A stretch of 64,000 nucleotides of DNA, from the NCBI RefSeq assembly GCF_902713615.1, contig NC_052161.1, forward strand, positions 51,092,528-51,156,527, in the 5' to 3' direction. The stretch is from Scyliorhinus canicula. Taxonomy: Eukaryota. The notes beneath the pieces were generated by a model, which made no database searches, was not told the origin of the DNA, and saw nothing but the letters and a program-made list of their open reading frames with translations. A program made the position numbers and the translations under genes. This document shows, one piece after another, positions 21,042 through 33,835 of this stretch; the stretch's first letter is position 1, and each line of letters starts with the position of its first letter.

Positions 21042-22207
21042 ATGGATGTGAAGAGACCTATAAAGAGAAAAAGCGCCAGGAAGGTGTAGGTCATGAACTA
21101 CAAACAAGTGAACGAAATCCAGCAGATGGCTCTTCAAGCACTGAAGACCTGCCATATGACTTAAACGTCCTAAACAATGGAACGACAGACGTTATTTGCA
21201 AGGCAGAGAAGTGTGTGCGTGACGTAGATCCAGATTCCATTTTTGAAGCTGATAAGATTTTCCAGCCGAGTTCAGATTCCATGGCTTCGGTAGAAATATG
21301 TGAGAGAAGGGAGGCTGTTCTCACCATAGGTCCTGAAGAAACAACTGTTGATGTGAAGATCAAAGGACATGAGGCTGATCGGATTTCACCTGTTCCTCAG
21401 AAACGCTCGACAGCTCGGAAGAGAATGTTGCCTAAACTACCGACAGAAATGGTGGGCAGCGCACAGCATCTTCATCGTTCCAAAATGGAGTTGAGCAGGT
21501 CTTCCATGTCTAACCTGTCACCTGTTTCATTTTCTGACACTGCTGCAGGTTCTTTGTCTTCACTCGACTCTACCAACCTATTGAGTGTTACGGATTGTCG
21601 TCAGAAGGTACAGTTTAGAACTAAGAACAATGACTTTACTTTCATTCCAAAGTGTAGTCTTCCATCAGAAATATCAAACATGAACAACTCAAGTGAGTGG
21701 GCACAGAAAGTCTCCAATACGGAAGTGGTAAATAAGAACTTGCCCAACAGTCGTAACTTAAATTTTGATGAGAACAGAGAGCGATCACTGAAATCTCCCT
21801 TCACGTTGGGGAAAATGTCTTCCACTAAAAGTCTCAAAGCTAAAATCGCAGCTGCAAAATTTACTTCAGCAGACATGAATAGTCAAATGGATTTGCGTTC
21901 TTCCAGTGGTATTTTGTTTGAAACGGGGGCTGTAGTTGGAGGCTGCAGTATCAACACTCCAGGAGCAGAAGGAAATGATTATTTGTCTTGCATGGATAGT
22001 AATCTTTCAGAGGCAGAAAGAACTGTCAGTAGTCATCAGTGGAATTATTTCAAACAAAGCCGTTGTCAAAGTGTAAATGACTTATCAAAAAGTAACTCCC
22101 TGCTATTTAGCAATGTCACCCAACTCTGTCAAGATGATAATTCTGAGCAATTGCCAACCACCAGCGCCACTGAAAATAAACATGCAGAATTTAGTTTTGA
22201 CAGTCAG
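21042..22207 (+). CDS. KNDC1: KNDC1 large Ser-rich coding exon (about exon 6), 1166 nt, inter-KIND linker
   Basis: atag|AT GGA TGT..AGT CAG|gtacgt; open throughout; phase 1/0 fits both neighbours; contains ORF 21215-22333. Confidence 0.88.
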
Positions 22208-22330
22208 GTACGTGTCAGTGTGACAGGTTCTGTGGGACCATGCCTGTTGATGTATTTATCAAGCGCAGCGTTCTGTACATGTGTGTTGCGCATGACAACA
22301 CTTGACATCCATCTCGGTGGCTCCATAGCT

Positions 22331-22503
22331 TAGCTCACTGGGCTAAATCGCTGGCTTTTAATGCAGACCAAGCAGGCCAGCAGCATGGTTCGATTCCCGT
22401 ACCAGCCTCCCCTGACAGGCGCCGGAATGTGGCGACTAGGGGCTTTTCACAGTAACTTCATTGAAGCCTACTCATGACAATAAGTGATTTTCATTTTTCA
22501 TTT
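22331..22503 (+). mobile_element. Short tRNA-derived SINE with (TTTCA)n tail
   Basis: Homologous to 10478-10655; TSD CATAGCT. Confidence 0.88.
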
Positions 22504-22956
22504 CATAGCTATCACTGCCACCATTTCATGCAACGACGACAAGTCTTTTTCAGTGAACGATTCATCATTTTCACCATCGCTTTGTAAGACCACTTGCAAT
22601 GAAATATTTCTTAAGTTCAGGACAAAGGCTAAGCTGGATTGTCCTGCAAAATGCTAGGATTGTCATGTTTGACAACCATTTTTTGAATTTTTAATCAGTG
22701 CAAAATACACAAGATTATAATGCGTGGGTAAACATTAGTACCGCGGAGAAGGAATGAAATTTTCCTCATATTCCTGGGCACACTAAAATCATTTCTGCGA
22801 TATTTCTGTTTGGCTTTAGTTTAGCATTATATTAAATTGCTATTTTTCAGTTCGTGGAATACAAAATTATTGTCTTCCCCTCAGCTCTCTATTTCAGGTG
22901 TGAAACCTTTGTTTCTAATGTGTTTCTCCCTCAGGATCTTCCTGTACCCTGTATTA

Positions 22957-23310
22957 GGGAAGATGGTGGCATAATGGTAATATCACTGGACCCCTAATCC
23001 AGACAGCCAGGCTAATCCTTTGGTTCAAATCCTACCATGGCAGCTGGTGGAATATGAATTCCATTAATAAATCTAGAATATAAAGCTAGTGATGGTACTT
23101 GATACGATTGTCGATTTAAAAAACGCTGCACTAATATCCTTTCAGCAAATAAATCTGCCATCCTTAACTGGCCTGGCCTACCTGTGATTCCAGACCCACA
23201 TCAATGTGGTTGATTCTTAGCTGCCCTCAGCTGAAAGGCAATCGAGGATGGGTAACAAATGCTGGCCTTGTCAGTGGCACCTATATCCTAGGAAAAGTAA
23301 TAAAGAAAAG
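22957..23310 (+). mobile_element. Older tRNA-derived SINE (SlmI/MetaSINE-like by recollection)
   Basis: Homologous to 53323-53680 (CACTAAT.TCCTTT..AAATCTG..TGGCCT..GTGA.TCCAGA.CCACA.CAATGTGGTTGA). Confidence 0.7.
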
Positions 23311-24035
23311 GAATGTATTATCTGGCAGGTGAAAGGGTCGATGACTGCCTTCTTGACTTTCAGACCTCTATGCTTGCCACATTGGACATGGCTGCTAAGA
23401 ATTGCACATCAACGATCTATGATTTTCATGATTTTACCTCTCATTTAAAGGAAACACCTGGGCTGCACACGCTGCTCACTCATGGAAGCACAACTGGGCT
23501 TTGGAGACTCCCGAATTAGTGTAACTAATTGTGATCACGAATCTGCGCTCTACCTTATGTGGTGTTCCTCGCTAAGCGGCTAACTTGCTGTTTTATCTAC
23601 TTGAACATTTTTCCCTTTGGGTTTTCACTCAGTGATAGAAGTGAAAACTGTGTTGACCTAATGTTTGCAATTCAATTCATTGCAAGGAGGCATTGCTATG
23701 GAAACTTCTGCAATGGGACAAAAATGTAATTGCACCACTTTTTAAAACCTGCACATGCCATCAAAATGTCAGGTAATCCCACAAAGGAAATTGCTAAGAA
23801 TATTTAGAATATTTATTCCTTAAGGAGATTATTGTCTTGCACCAAATGACTTTCTCCCCTGGTCTCTAATCATGATGTGGTCTGGTTCCTGTTACTTTCG
23901 GCTGATGACTGCATTTGTTCTGTTCTCCAAGTGACAACTGTCCTGGACAGCACTGCATCTTTCATCTCAAACTGCTTTTAACAATGTGTGCTAACTTCCA
24001 AAATGAAAAGTGTCATCAATGTGTTATTTCTTTCC

Positions 24036-25592
24036 AACAAGAGAGAATATTACCATCCCGTCTTGATGTTCAACATCATTACCATTACTGAATCCCTCAC
24101 CATCAACATCCCAGCCCAGAGGCTGGGAATTCTACTGTGAATAACTCACCTCCTGACTCCCCAAATCATGTCAGCCATCTCCAAGGCGCAAGTCAGGAAT
24201 GTGACTGTATTCTCCTCATTTTCCCAGATGAGTGCAGCTCCAACAACACTCAAGGAGCCCCACACCATTCAGGACAAAGCTGCCCTCTTGATTGGCACCC
24301 CATACACTACCTTAGAAATTCACCCACTCTACCAGTGGTGGCAGTGTGCATCATATACAAATTACACTGCCACCACTGGCGCCAAGCTCCTTTGACAGCA
24401 TCTTCCAAACCCATGACCTTTACTATCTAGAAGGACCAGGGAAAGAGATACCACCTTCAAGTTCCACTCCAAGCCACAAACCATCCTGACTTGGAAATAC
24501 ATCGCTGATCCTTCACTGTTGCTGGGTCAAAATCCTAGAACTCCCTTTCTAACAGCACTATGGGTGCATCTACACCAGAGTTTTTTCAAACTTTTTTCCC
24601 AGGACCCACTTTTACCAACTGGCTAACCTTCGGGACGCATGCAGGCAGACCTTCTTGCCCAATGCCGGTTCACCTTCGCAAACCAGACCAGCCGATCTTC
24701 GTGACTCACATGGGCCAACTTCGTGGCCCACCATTATTTCTTACCTTTACTACAATAGGTGAACCTGCTTGATCCTCGCAATTTCACTTGCTTTGTCATT
24801 CAATGTTAACATTTCTGCTGAGGACTTCAGCTGACAATTTACGTTCTTGCTGCATCCTTTGAAAAAATTCAAGAGGTTTGTCCTCGAACTCGGCATGTCT
24901 TTGAAGTTTTGAGGGTTTTAAACTTTAGGTTACTAGTACCTCCCTGTATATAACACACATGGGCTTTGCATCCTGATTTTCATTGGCATTATTAAGAACG
25001 CCACGCCCCAATAAATAATTTGTAGACTGCTTTGTACCCGACTTCAGTTTTTTCTTTGCTGGGTGTTCACCAGAAGCCCTTGAGCTCTGCATACAGCTCA
25101 CACCAGCGCTGCTTTGTCCTTTCCTGGACTCTCCTGCGAAGCTCTATCCAGCAGATTCAGTTGTGAGATCCTGACTTGTTTGTGACTCCTGCCTCTCTTC
25201 CTTATTACAAAATAATCCACCTGCAGTTCTTCACGCAGTCCTGGAGCTTGCTTGCTGGCAGCTACAAATGGAGGACCTCTCCTGTATGGTTTTGCGCCCA
25301 AAGCACGGACATACAGGACACGTGACGTCAGTGTACGTGCTGCGCTCATGACTTGCTCTCTGCCACCGCTTTTGGCAGGAAGACTCCATCGTTTGTATTT
25401 AAAGGCCAGTCACGGCCAGCATTCTTGAAAGCCGATTGCCGCCATTGGATGCTTCTCCCGCAATGGGTAAGGCCGTGACTGATCGCTCTGCAACCCTCCC
25501 AACACCCAGTGTGTCACGAACTTGAGTTTGAAAATCCCTGATCTACACCACATGGAGTTCAAGAAGGCAGCTCACCACCTTCTCAAGGGCAT
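24036..25592 (+). mobile_element. Second-family CR1-like LINE 3' part, split by a hAT insertion
   Basis: LINE sequence runs to 24575 and resumes at 25541 (..GTTCAAGAAGGCAGCTCACCACCTTCTCAAGGGC). Confidence 0.8.
24576..25540 (-). mobile_element. hAT (Charlie-like) non-autonomous deletion derivative, 965 bp
   Basis: TIRs CAGAGTTTTTTCAAACT / AGTTTGAAAATCCCTG; perfect 8-bp TSD ATCTACAC; - strand remnant AKPMCVI.REVL..SLKPSKLQRH..EFEDKPLEFFQR of a BED-finger transposase N-terminus. Confidence 0.9.
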
Positions 25593-25734
25593 ATCTGAAA
25601 TAAAACAATTATTTTGAAAGAACATCTTATGGCAAAGAAGGTTTCGTAAGTATTAATTATCATTGTTCAGAAATCTCCCTTTTTAAATAACCATAATGTT
25701 TCAATTTGAAATTAAAGGTAATTTTGAAAATCAA

Positions 25735-25963
25735 GGGTAGCATGTTGGCGCAGTGGTTAGCACTGCTGCCTCACTGCGTTGAGGATCCCAGTTCGATCCC
25801 GGCCCCAGGTCACTGTCTGTGTGGAGTTTACACATTCTCCCCGTGTCTGCGTGGGTTTCTCCCCCACAACCCAAAGATGTGCAGGGTTGGTGGATTGGCC
25901 ACTCTAAATTGCCCCTTAATTGGAAAGCAAATTATCGGGTACTCTAAATTTTTTTTAAAAATC
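25735..25963 (+). mobile_element. V-SINE, short poly(A)-tailed variant
   Basis: Head and V core; TSD GAAAATCAA. Confidence 0.9.
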
Positions 25964-26540
25964 GAAAATCAAAATTTTTGCTGAATAATGCATAATGCAC
26001 TCTTCTGGAAACCTGATGGAAACTGAGAGATGACTTGATAGAAGCACAGAGTTATTAAACCTGTTCCTAAACCTGTGTGAATGTGCTTTTGTTGTTGAAG
26101 GGCAGTACAGGGTGTTGCATTTATTTTCTTGAGTTGAAAAGCTTGAATTTTAAATTGAAATAAACTGAAATATCTACTTGAGCTCTCTACAAGTTCTCCG
26201 ACATATTTCAGGAAACTTACATATGAATAGCCATTTCCCACCCCTACCCTTCCCCAAAGAAGTATTTTTTCACGTATACAGATTGTCCTGGTATTCCTCA
26301 TGCTGTCTTTCACTGGACATCAATAACTACAAGATATGGTAATGGCAGGTTAATACAATAAGCTTATAATTGTCTGTTAAAGGAGGTCAGCATTCGGCTT
26401 TATCTGCTCAGCTTTGCTGGTACAATTTCTATTTCCTCCCTTGCATTTATTATTAGTGTGGTCTTGTACTTTGCTTGCATTGCCATGGTTAATATGTCCA
26501 GTGTACTGATTCTCATTTCTTACCCCCCTCTCTGTAATAG

Positions 26541-26655
26541 TACATTTCACTAGAGGAGCTACTCTCTGAGGATGATAGGCCCTTGAAAGATCATGAATTG
26601 TGGGCTCTATGTTATGAGTGCTTGATCAGTCTGCAACTCTGCAAAGATTACCCAG
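26541..26655 (+). CDS. KNDC1: KNDC1 coding exon (KIND2 start): YISLEELLSEDDRPLKDHELWALCYECLISLQLCKDYP
   Basis: tag|...G|gtattg, phase 0/1; matches human WVSLQDLLSQLGRPFREYELWALCLACL. Confidence 0.95.
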
Positions 26656-27549
26656 GTATTGAACAAAAAGGCTTGTTAAGATTTTTTTATCTATACATTT
26701 AAAATTCTGCACTTTTGTTTCCCTTTTTTATTCATTATTGGGGCAATGCGGAGAAAATGTTATGCTTTAAGTGTTTGTTGCATCATGTCATTTAATTTTT
26801 AAAAGGATGCCACTCTCCATCAATCTAGTTGTTTACTGAGGTTACATTTTTAACAGCGACCATAAACTGTTGATCTTTGCAGAGACTCGGAGCAGTAAAA
26901 TTTGTTGATGTCGTAAAAGACGGCAGTTAAAATTTTCTGAAAGTGAAATAGAACTGCAAATATATGTTGAAGCTAATTGCAGTTGATTGTTGCAGAGTGT
27001 TAATCATAATGGCCAGACCCATAAAGCCTCACATCGTATCCCTCGCCTGTGCTGAGCTAGCTGATCTCAGTCAAATCAATAACGGCGCAATCCTGTCAAC
27101 CACATTTGTTATTGCTCGGCAGGAGAAAAATCAGCCATTGTTCCCATTCCTAATATCTGTTCTACAGCCTTTGTGGAAAAAATGCAATTGTGCAAATATC
27201 AAGTGAGGTAATGAGAAGCTAGCCCTCTGACCCCAAAATCTGGTTCACACATGAAGAAGATCCCTCCAATTTGAGGTAATAGTGATCTCCTGGTACCTGC
27301 ATCATTGTACCTAATATATGTCAACATCTTTGAATAGGAGGGGAGAGTGTTATTGTATTTTAATTTCTGTGGTTCTAATATTTAGAAAAGTTATTAATCC
27401 CTGTAAGGCCCCAGAAGTTGGAGCAATTTGTCCACTTTTGTTAAATAACAGCAATTGTCACCTTAATATTCTTACAAATTCTTTACTTGATTGATTAGCA
27501 AACTTCTAAAATTTGCTTCATTAAACATGTGATTCCTTTTGAAAACCCC

Positions 27550-28278
27550 GGGCGAAATTCTCCGACCCCCACGACGGGTCGGAGAATAGCGGGAGGGCCT
27601 TCCCGACATTTTACCCGCCCTCCCGCTATTCTCCCCCCCCCCCCCCCCCGCCCAACTCCCGACACGAATCGCTGCCGCCGTTTTTTTACGGCTGGCAGCG
27701 ATTCACAGCTGTTCGATGGGCCGAAGTCCCAGCCCTTTACGCTGTTTTTACGAACGGCAAACAGACCTGGTCTGGCCGTTCGTAAAAACGGCGGGAACAA
27801 CTCGCTTTTTATAACCATGGCACCGATTGGCACGGCAGTACCACGGCCGTGCCAAGGGTGCCATGGGCCCGCGATCGGTGGGCACCGATCGCGGGCAGCG
27901 GGCCCGATGCCCGCGCACTATTTGTCCTTCCGCCGCCCCGCAGTATCCATTCGCGGGGCGGCTGAGGGGCATCCTGGCCCGCGCATGCGCGGGTTTCGCG
28001 CAAATACGCGATGACGTCATCTGCGCATGCGCGGGTTGGAGTCTTCCAATCCGCGCATGCGCGGCTGACGTCATATGACGCGTCAGCCGGCGCTAACTCC
28101 GGCAAGCGGGCTTAACGAAATTCGTTAAGCCCGTGATGCCGGAGCTTGCGGCGTCGTGCTGCTAGCCCCGACCGGGGACCAGAATCGGTTCCCGGTCGGG
28201 AAGGGGCGCGCTGGCGTCAAACCCACTCGGGTTTGACGCCAGCCTTACGATTTCTCCCGTTTTGGGAGAATCGCGCCC
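27550..28278. mobile_element. Palindromic MITE, copy 3 (inverted relative to copy 1)
   Basis: TIR GGGCGAAATTCTCC / GGAGAATCGCGCCC; TSD CCC. Confidence 0.87.
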
Positions 28279-28668
28279 CCCATGCTTGAAGCTATCCTTA
28301 CATGTTCAGGCTCAATAACCATTTGAGGTTTTGCACATACAGCTATTCACATTCATTCTCTGAGGTACAATTCTTACCTCAATGACTCAAAAACACATTT
28401 TTGCATGTCACCAAAGGGATTGGAAAACATTCCATTCTTTTGCTACAATCCCAGATTTGTTTTATTTTTAGGTTTTGTTTGACTTTAAACAATGTTGGAA
28501 GTAACTTCCTCACAAAATGGTGGGAAAGTTTTCTTTTAAAAAGTACAGTGGGTGTTATTCAAACAGGTGCTCAGATGGTGCTCCCATATTTCCTCAAATA
28601 ACAACATTGCTCGAAAACACCTTTATGCTGACATTCTGTCTCCTGAACATTTTTCAATAAAATGCAAT

Positions 28669-28869
28669 GGCCGGGATTTTCCGGCCACTCTGCAGCGTGT
28701 TTTCCCGCAGCGGATGTGCCAAAGCATTGGCCACTGGTGGGAACTTCGAGTTCGGCCAAAGTCTATGGGCCTTTTGCATGGCTAGCACGCCTAACTGCCG
28801 GGGAACTCGCCACGAGGGGTCGCCTTCGGCAGAAGATTCCGCCGGCGGAAGGAGCCGCAAGAACTACCC
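28669..28869. mobile_element. Short older MITE with related GGCCGGGATTTTCC end
   Basis: Degenerate TIRs, TSD AAT; similar element at about 41889-42072. Confidence 0.55.
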
Positions 28870-29493
28870 AATATTATTGTTACATACCTGGATAAGGTTG
28901 GAGGATCAATTTAGTCCTGATGATTGACTGTGGCATTTGGAGTCTCTATGGCCATCTGACTGGATATAATCCAGTGCAGCCATTCCTGCCACTATGGTGA
29001 CCAAGGAAAATGTCCAAGTCAAAAGGACAATAAAGAACTCTGCAAATTGTTGAGGTGAATCATCCTTTGATTCTCCACGTCACAGTGTATAGAAAAAGTT
29101 TTTTCTGAAAATGCATCAGTTTTTCATATACTGTTTTTTTCCTCACATTCCAAATATCAATTTATGCTTTGTGAGATGCCCAACATTTCTTACTCCAGAT
29201 TTACAATTCTCAGGAGTACATTTTGCACATTTTAGTCCATTGATGCCATACTCAAACTTCTTTGTTGCGATCTGACGAAAAATGAATGTGTTGGCTCCAA
29301 GGAGCGACCACATGGGAGCGTAAAGGATACAAAGGTTCATTTAAACGTTGAATGAAAACTATATACACCACCACTCCCCAAATGAATTCCCGTGACCTGC
29401 CCACACCCGGGCCGGGGATTTTGTGTCCAGGTTTGTTCCCCGCAAATGACCACGCTCCGTACCCTAATCGCCTAGGTCTCGTGGCTCTCATCT

Positions 29494-29498
<5 letters not shown>

Positions 29499-29562
<64 letters not shown>

Positions 29563-30957
29563 ATGTTTTATTCAGTTTTCGTATTTTATATTGAACAAAT
29601 TACAAATTGTTAGGAGAGAGAAAAAAAAAAACAAACAAAAACAAACACGCAAAAATTAACACACATATTTACAGGTAAGCATCTTCGTAGTAGTAACTGC
29701 GCCCCCCCCCCCCCCCCCCCCCCTCAACATGTTTATTTAGCTTGGTTTTGGGCCTTAGCTAGCCATCGAACCCCCGTAACGAACCTGTAGCCCCCCCCCC
29801 CCTCCCGCTACCTTCCCCCGACTATTCTTCCTCTTGTACATTGGCCACAAATAGGTCCCGGAACAGTCGCATGAATGGCTCCCACGTTCTGTGGAAGCCG
29901 TCGTCCGACCCTCGGATGGCAAATTTGATTTTCTCCATTTGGAGAGATTCCGAGAGGTCGGACAGCCAGTCCGCAGCTCTGGGCGGTGCTGCTGACCGCC
30001 AGCCAAACAGGATTCTACGGCGGGCGATCAGGGAGGCAAAGGCAAGGGCATCCGCCCTCCTCCCCAGGAATAGATCTGGCTGTTCTGAAACCCCGAAGAC
30101 CGCCACTATCGGGCATGGCTCCACCCTCACTCCCACCACTTTGGACATTACCTCGAAGAAGGCTGTCCAGTACTCCACGAGTCTGGGGCAGGACCAGAAC
30201 ATGTGGGCGTGGTTGGCCGGGCCTCTTTGGCACCGTTCACATCTGTCTTCCACCTCCGGGAAGAACCTACTCATACGGGTTCTTGTTAAGTGGGCTCTAT
30301 GTACCACTTTTAGTTGCGTCAGGCTGAGCCTTGCGCACGTGGAGGTGGAGTTGACCCTATGCAGTGCTTCGCTCCAGAGTCCCCACCCGATCTCCATCCC
30401 CAGGTCGTCCTCCCATTTCCTCCTTGTTGCGTCCAGTACGGTGTCGTCCCTATCTACCAGTCGGTCATACATGTCACTACAGTTCCCTTTCTCTAGGATA
30501 CTTGCGTCCAGTAGGTCTTCCAGTAGTGTCTGTCGTGGCGGTTGTGGGTACGTCCTTGTCTCCTTTCGTAGGAAGTTTTTGAGCTGCAGGTACCGTAGCT
30601 CGTTCCCCCCAGCTAGCTGAAATTTCTCTGTCAGTTCGTCCAGTGTTGCGATCCTGTCGTCCGTGTACAGGTCCCTGACTGTCAGTGTCCCCCCGTCCTG
30701 CCTCCACCTTTTGAAGGTGGCGTCGGTCAGTGCTGGTTTGAACCTATGGTTGTTGCAGATGGGAGCCCTGTTCGACATTTTGGTCAGGCCAAGTTGCTGC
30801 CGCAGTTGGTTCCAGGATTGGAGGGTGGCTGTCACCACTGGGCTGCTGGAGTGTTTTTTGGGTGGGGATGGGAGTGCTGCCGTGGCGAGGGCCCGGAGGG
30901 AGGTTCCCATGCAGGAGGCCTCCTCCGCACGCACCCACTCAGCTTCTGGCTCCTGGA
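29499..30957 (-). mobile_element. Young 5'-truncated L1/Tx1-clade LINE
   Basis: 62-nt T run (29497-29558); 16-bp TSD GGCTCTCATCTAGGTT (29483-29498/30958-30973); uninterrupted 370-aa ORF2 C-terminus (29822-30934) with CERC..HMFWSC zinc knuckle. Confidence 0.95.
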
Positions 30958-32354
30958 GGCTCTCATCTAGGTTAAAACAAAATGTTTGTTTTATCTTTTG
31001 GAGAGTTCTGCTTTGCTTTGTTATTTTCTTATGTAGCTAATAATCCATCATTTTGCGTTGCTTTTTGGTAACAATTTGCTAGCCACAATTATTTTAGACT
31101 CCTTCCTACAATTGCCTTTATAGTTTCTGTTTAGTTCAAACATTCTTTGTCCATTTTCAATGTTTCTTTTTGGGGTTTTCGTCAGAGAAAAAATACACCT
31201 GTGTTCCAAAGCTGGGTGTTTAAATGGTCCTTTAAATGACCTTATCACATAATGTTATGCAGTTTAAACTTACACATAGGCCTGAATTTTTAGGATGACG
31301 AGCACTTGGCGCCTGCCATCCTGAGAGGCCTGCTGTCAATTTATGCTCGATTGAGCATTGATTGGCAGCAGGCAGGATCACCGTTCGTCCCTGGATGGAA
31401 GTCTCACCTTGGAGACCTCTCCAGCCCCTCCAGGCACAGTGCTGCAGTGGCCAGAAGAGGTACTGCAGTGCTGTGCTTGAGCCTCTAAATCCAGGGACTG
31501 CACTCCAGGTAAATAAATACCATGGGTCCTGGGAGGTGGTTGCAGCGTGATATTGGTGTTGGGGAGAAGGCCTGGGCGGGTGGGGGTGGAGGGTCGTAGC
31601 TCCCAGGTCCCTGAGGAGAGGGTGCCCCAAATCTTAAGGGGCCTTAATATTGAGGCCCCCCATATTCTCTCCGCCCGAGATCACAGTTGTCAATTTTTTT
31701 TTATTTGGCATCCTTATGTAGCCATCCAAGAGTCTTAATTGGTGATCTTCCCATTTGAGACTCTGTCTGCTCTAATATAAAGTTGTGTTTGGGTCAGGGC
31801 AGCTGGGATCCTGGAGAAAATCCCATGCATGCAATTCTTCGCTCCCACCCCCCTCTCCCCTGGCCTCGGAACCCGCTCGAGGGAGTGTATAATTCTGGCC
31901 ATATTGTCACATAACAGGTGAAATACCTTTGGCTTTTTGAGGCCATTTTGATATGCATTACATTTGCGCATTTGCATTATTTTCTTTGTTGATCACCTTT
32001 TTGTTGCTCTGCATTTTACTCATTTTCTCTCAAGTCCCAGCAATTCATTTTTCATTTGTTGCTTTGTTAAACTATTCGTCGATGTCTTCCTCTTAATCTC
32101 TGTGCATCTGTACATTTCCTTGATGCCCATTGAAAATGTCATCAATCACACGTCTTTTACCATGATGAAAATCCGATACCACATTCGTGCCACTTAAATT
32201 TTTTATAATTAGAGAACATGGAAGCTGGCTGGACAATATGTGATTATGATTTGTTGTTGATGTGTGCTGTGGTCAGTTAATTCATTTTGTAAATCTAATT
32301 CGGCAATATGAAACAGTGAAAATAGTGTCATTATGTTTTCTATACATTTTGTAG

Positions 32355-32426
32355 AGTACTTGTGTCTAGAGTCTGCATACATTGACACCAGTGGAGAAGT
32401 CTTGTTTCTCTCGCCAACGAACAATG
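32355..32426 (+). CDS. KNDC1: KNDC1 coding exon: (E)YLCLESAYIDTSGEVLFLSPTNN
   Basis: tag|...G|gtatgc, phase 1/1; human YLCLDSVLVAEDGAVLF. Confidence 0.93.
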
Positions 32427-32554
32427 GTATGCCAAACTACATCTTTACTTTCTATCTTTTGTACTTCATGTTCGAAACAAAGTAATTTGAATATTTTCAG
32501 TAGTTAACAGCAACTGTAAGATTCAGTTTATTGACACCCATTCTGTCCCTTTAG

Positions 32555-32616
32555 GAAATCTGGATTCATTCTATTTGGCACCTGAATTTGAAAAACAAGG
32601 AGCGGTTACAGAAAAG
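32555..32616 (+). CDS. KNDC1: KNDC1 coding exon: (G)NLDSFYLAPEFEKQGAVTEK
   Basis: tag|...AAG|gtttga, phase 1/0; human GSYDSFFLAPELAEERLVTEK. Confidence 0.93.
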
Positions 32617-32702
32617 GTTTGATCGTTAAATGGAAAGTATTTTCCTGTAAAATCCTACAAATAGCCGGTACATCTCTCTGAATCAATGTGTCTTCTCAAC
32701 AG

Positions 32703-32861
32703 GCTTGCATTTATGGTATTGCAGCCATTTTGTGGGCGGCAGCTAAGTTCAATGCTCCAGTGAATCAAAAGTTGCCATTATCCAGAAATCTCAAGAATTT
32801 GCTGTTGGATATGGCGAAGAGAAACTCCACAGAAAGGCCTTCAATTACAGACGCAATGGAG
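32703..32861 (+). CDS. KNDC1: KNDC1 coding exon: ACIYGIAAILWAAAKFNAPVNQKLPLSRNLKNLLLDMAKRNSTERPSITDAME
   Basis: cag|...|gtacat, phase 0/0; human ASVYCVAAVLWTAAKF..LLLDMARR..ERPS. Confidence 0.96.
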
Positions 32862-33137
32862 GTACATGTACCAAACCTATTGGATTCTAGCTAGCCGTTT
32901 CTGCTAAACAGTTTTCTCTGCAAATGACATCAAAGCTATCGAACAATTATTGAAAATATATTTCTCAAAATTAAGGCAATGTGTTTTGCCCACAGGCGTA
33001 CAGGCATTCTATCTGTGCTTGCAAGTTATGCAGCTTTAATATAACCACAACCTCTCAGGTGTAATCCTGCACCACCATCTATCTGTACTAGCTTGTCATT
33101 GTATGTGCTGCTGATAACCAAATTGCATCTGTATTCT

Positions 33138-33342
33138 TTTTTTTAAATTTAGAGTGCCCAATTATTATTTTTCCAATTAAGGGGCAATTTAGCATAGCCA
33201 ATCCAGCCATCCTGCACATCTTTGGGTTGCGGGGGTGATACCCATGCAAACTCCACACGGACAGTGACCGAGGGCCAGGATCGAATCCGGGTCCTCAGCA
33301 CTGTGAGGCAGCAGTGCTAACCACTACTACACCGTGCCGCCT
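33138..33342 (-). mobile_element. V-SINE, short poly(A)-tailed variant
   Basis: TSD ATCTGTATTCT. Confidence 0.9.
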
Positions 33343-33835
33343 ATCTGTATTCTGATAAGATTAGATTAATTGACAATAATCATTGAAACTTTGAGAATAA
33401 TCAAAATAATGTTATGTATTGAAAATAGACATACAATTCAATCCACCAGGTTACCCTGATCTTTTTCAAATCAGTAGAGAATTTGTTATTTCAGTGTCAA
33501 TTTATAGTAAAGTCTAACATATTATCTTATTGATTGAAAAAGGAGAATATTTCATGGCATTGGTAGTACAGTAATACTATTTTCAGCTCTACAAACTGAC
33601 AAGACCTAAGAGTAGCAGTTTATTAGATATGATCCAGGTGGAGTAATGACACAATAGTTCAGGACGATCTATCTGTCAGGATCAGGCTACCTGAACTTTA
33701 TCTATATAGTCTGAGAAGCCGCAGTAACTTATTCTGCTACAATCTACTCCTAAAGGAATGCTCCAAATCCAATTCATTTTTCAGTGTTTTGCTTGAATTT
33801 GACATTTGCTCATGAATGTCTTCAGACTTTTAAAA

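Noticed and set aside
21215-22333. 372-aa ORF (and 311-aa ORF 48675-49610) as independent genes
   Set aside because: Both are internal KNDC1 exons with splice sites in matching phases; the ORF ends are intronic read-through
27010-27310. Possible ancient SINE remnants (also about 19430-19570, 35140-35350, 38150-38340)
   Set aside because: Too diverged to assign a family or boundaries without a profile search
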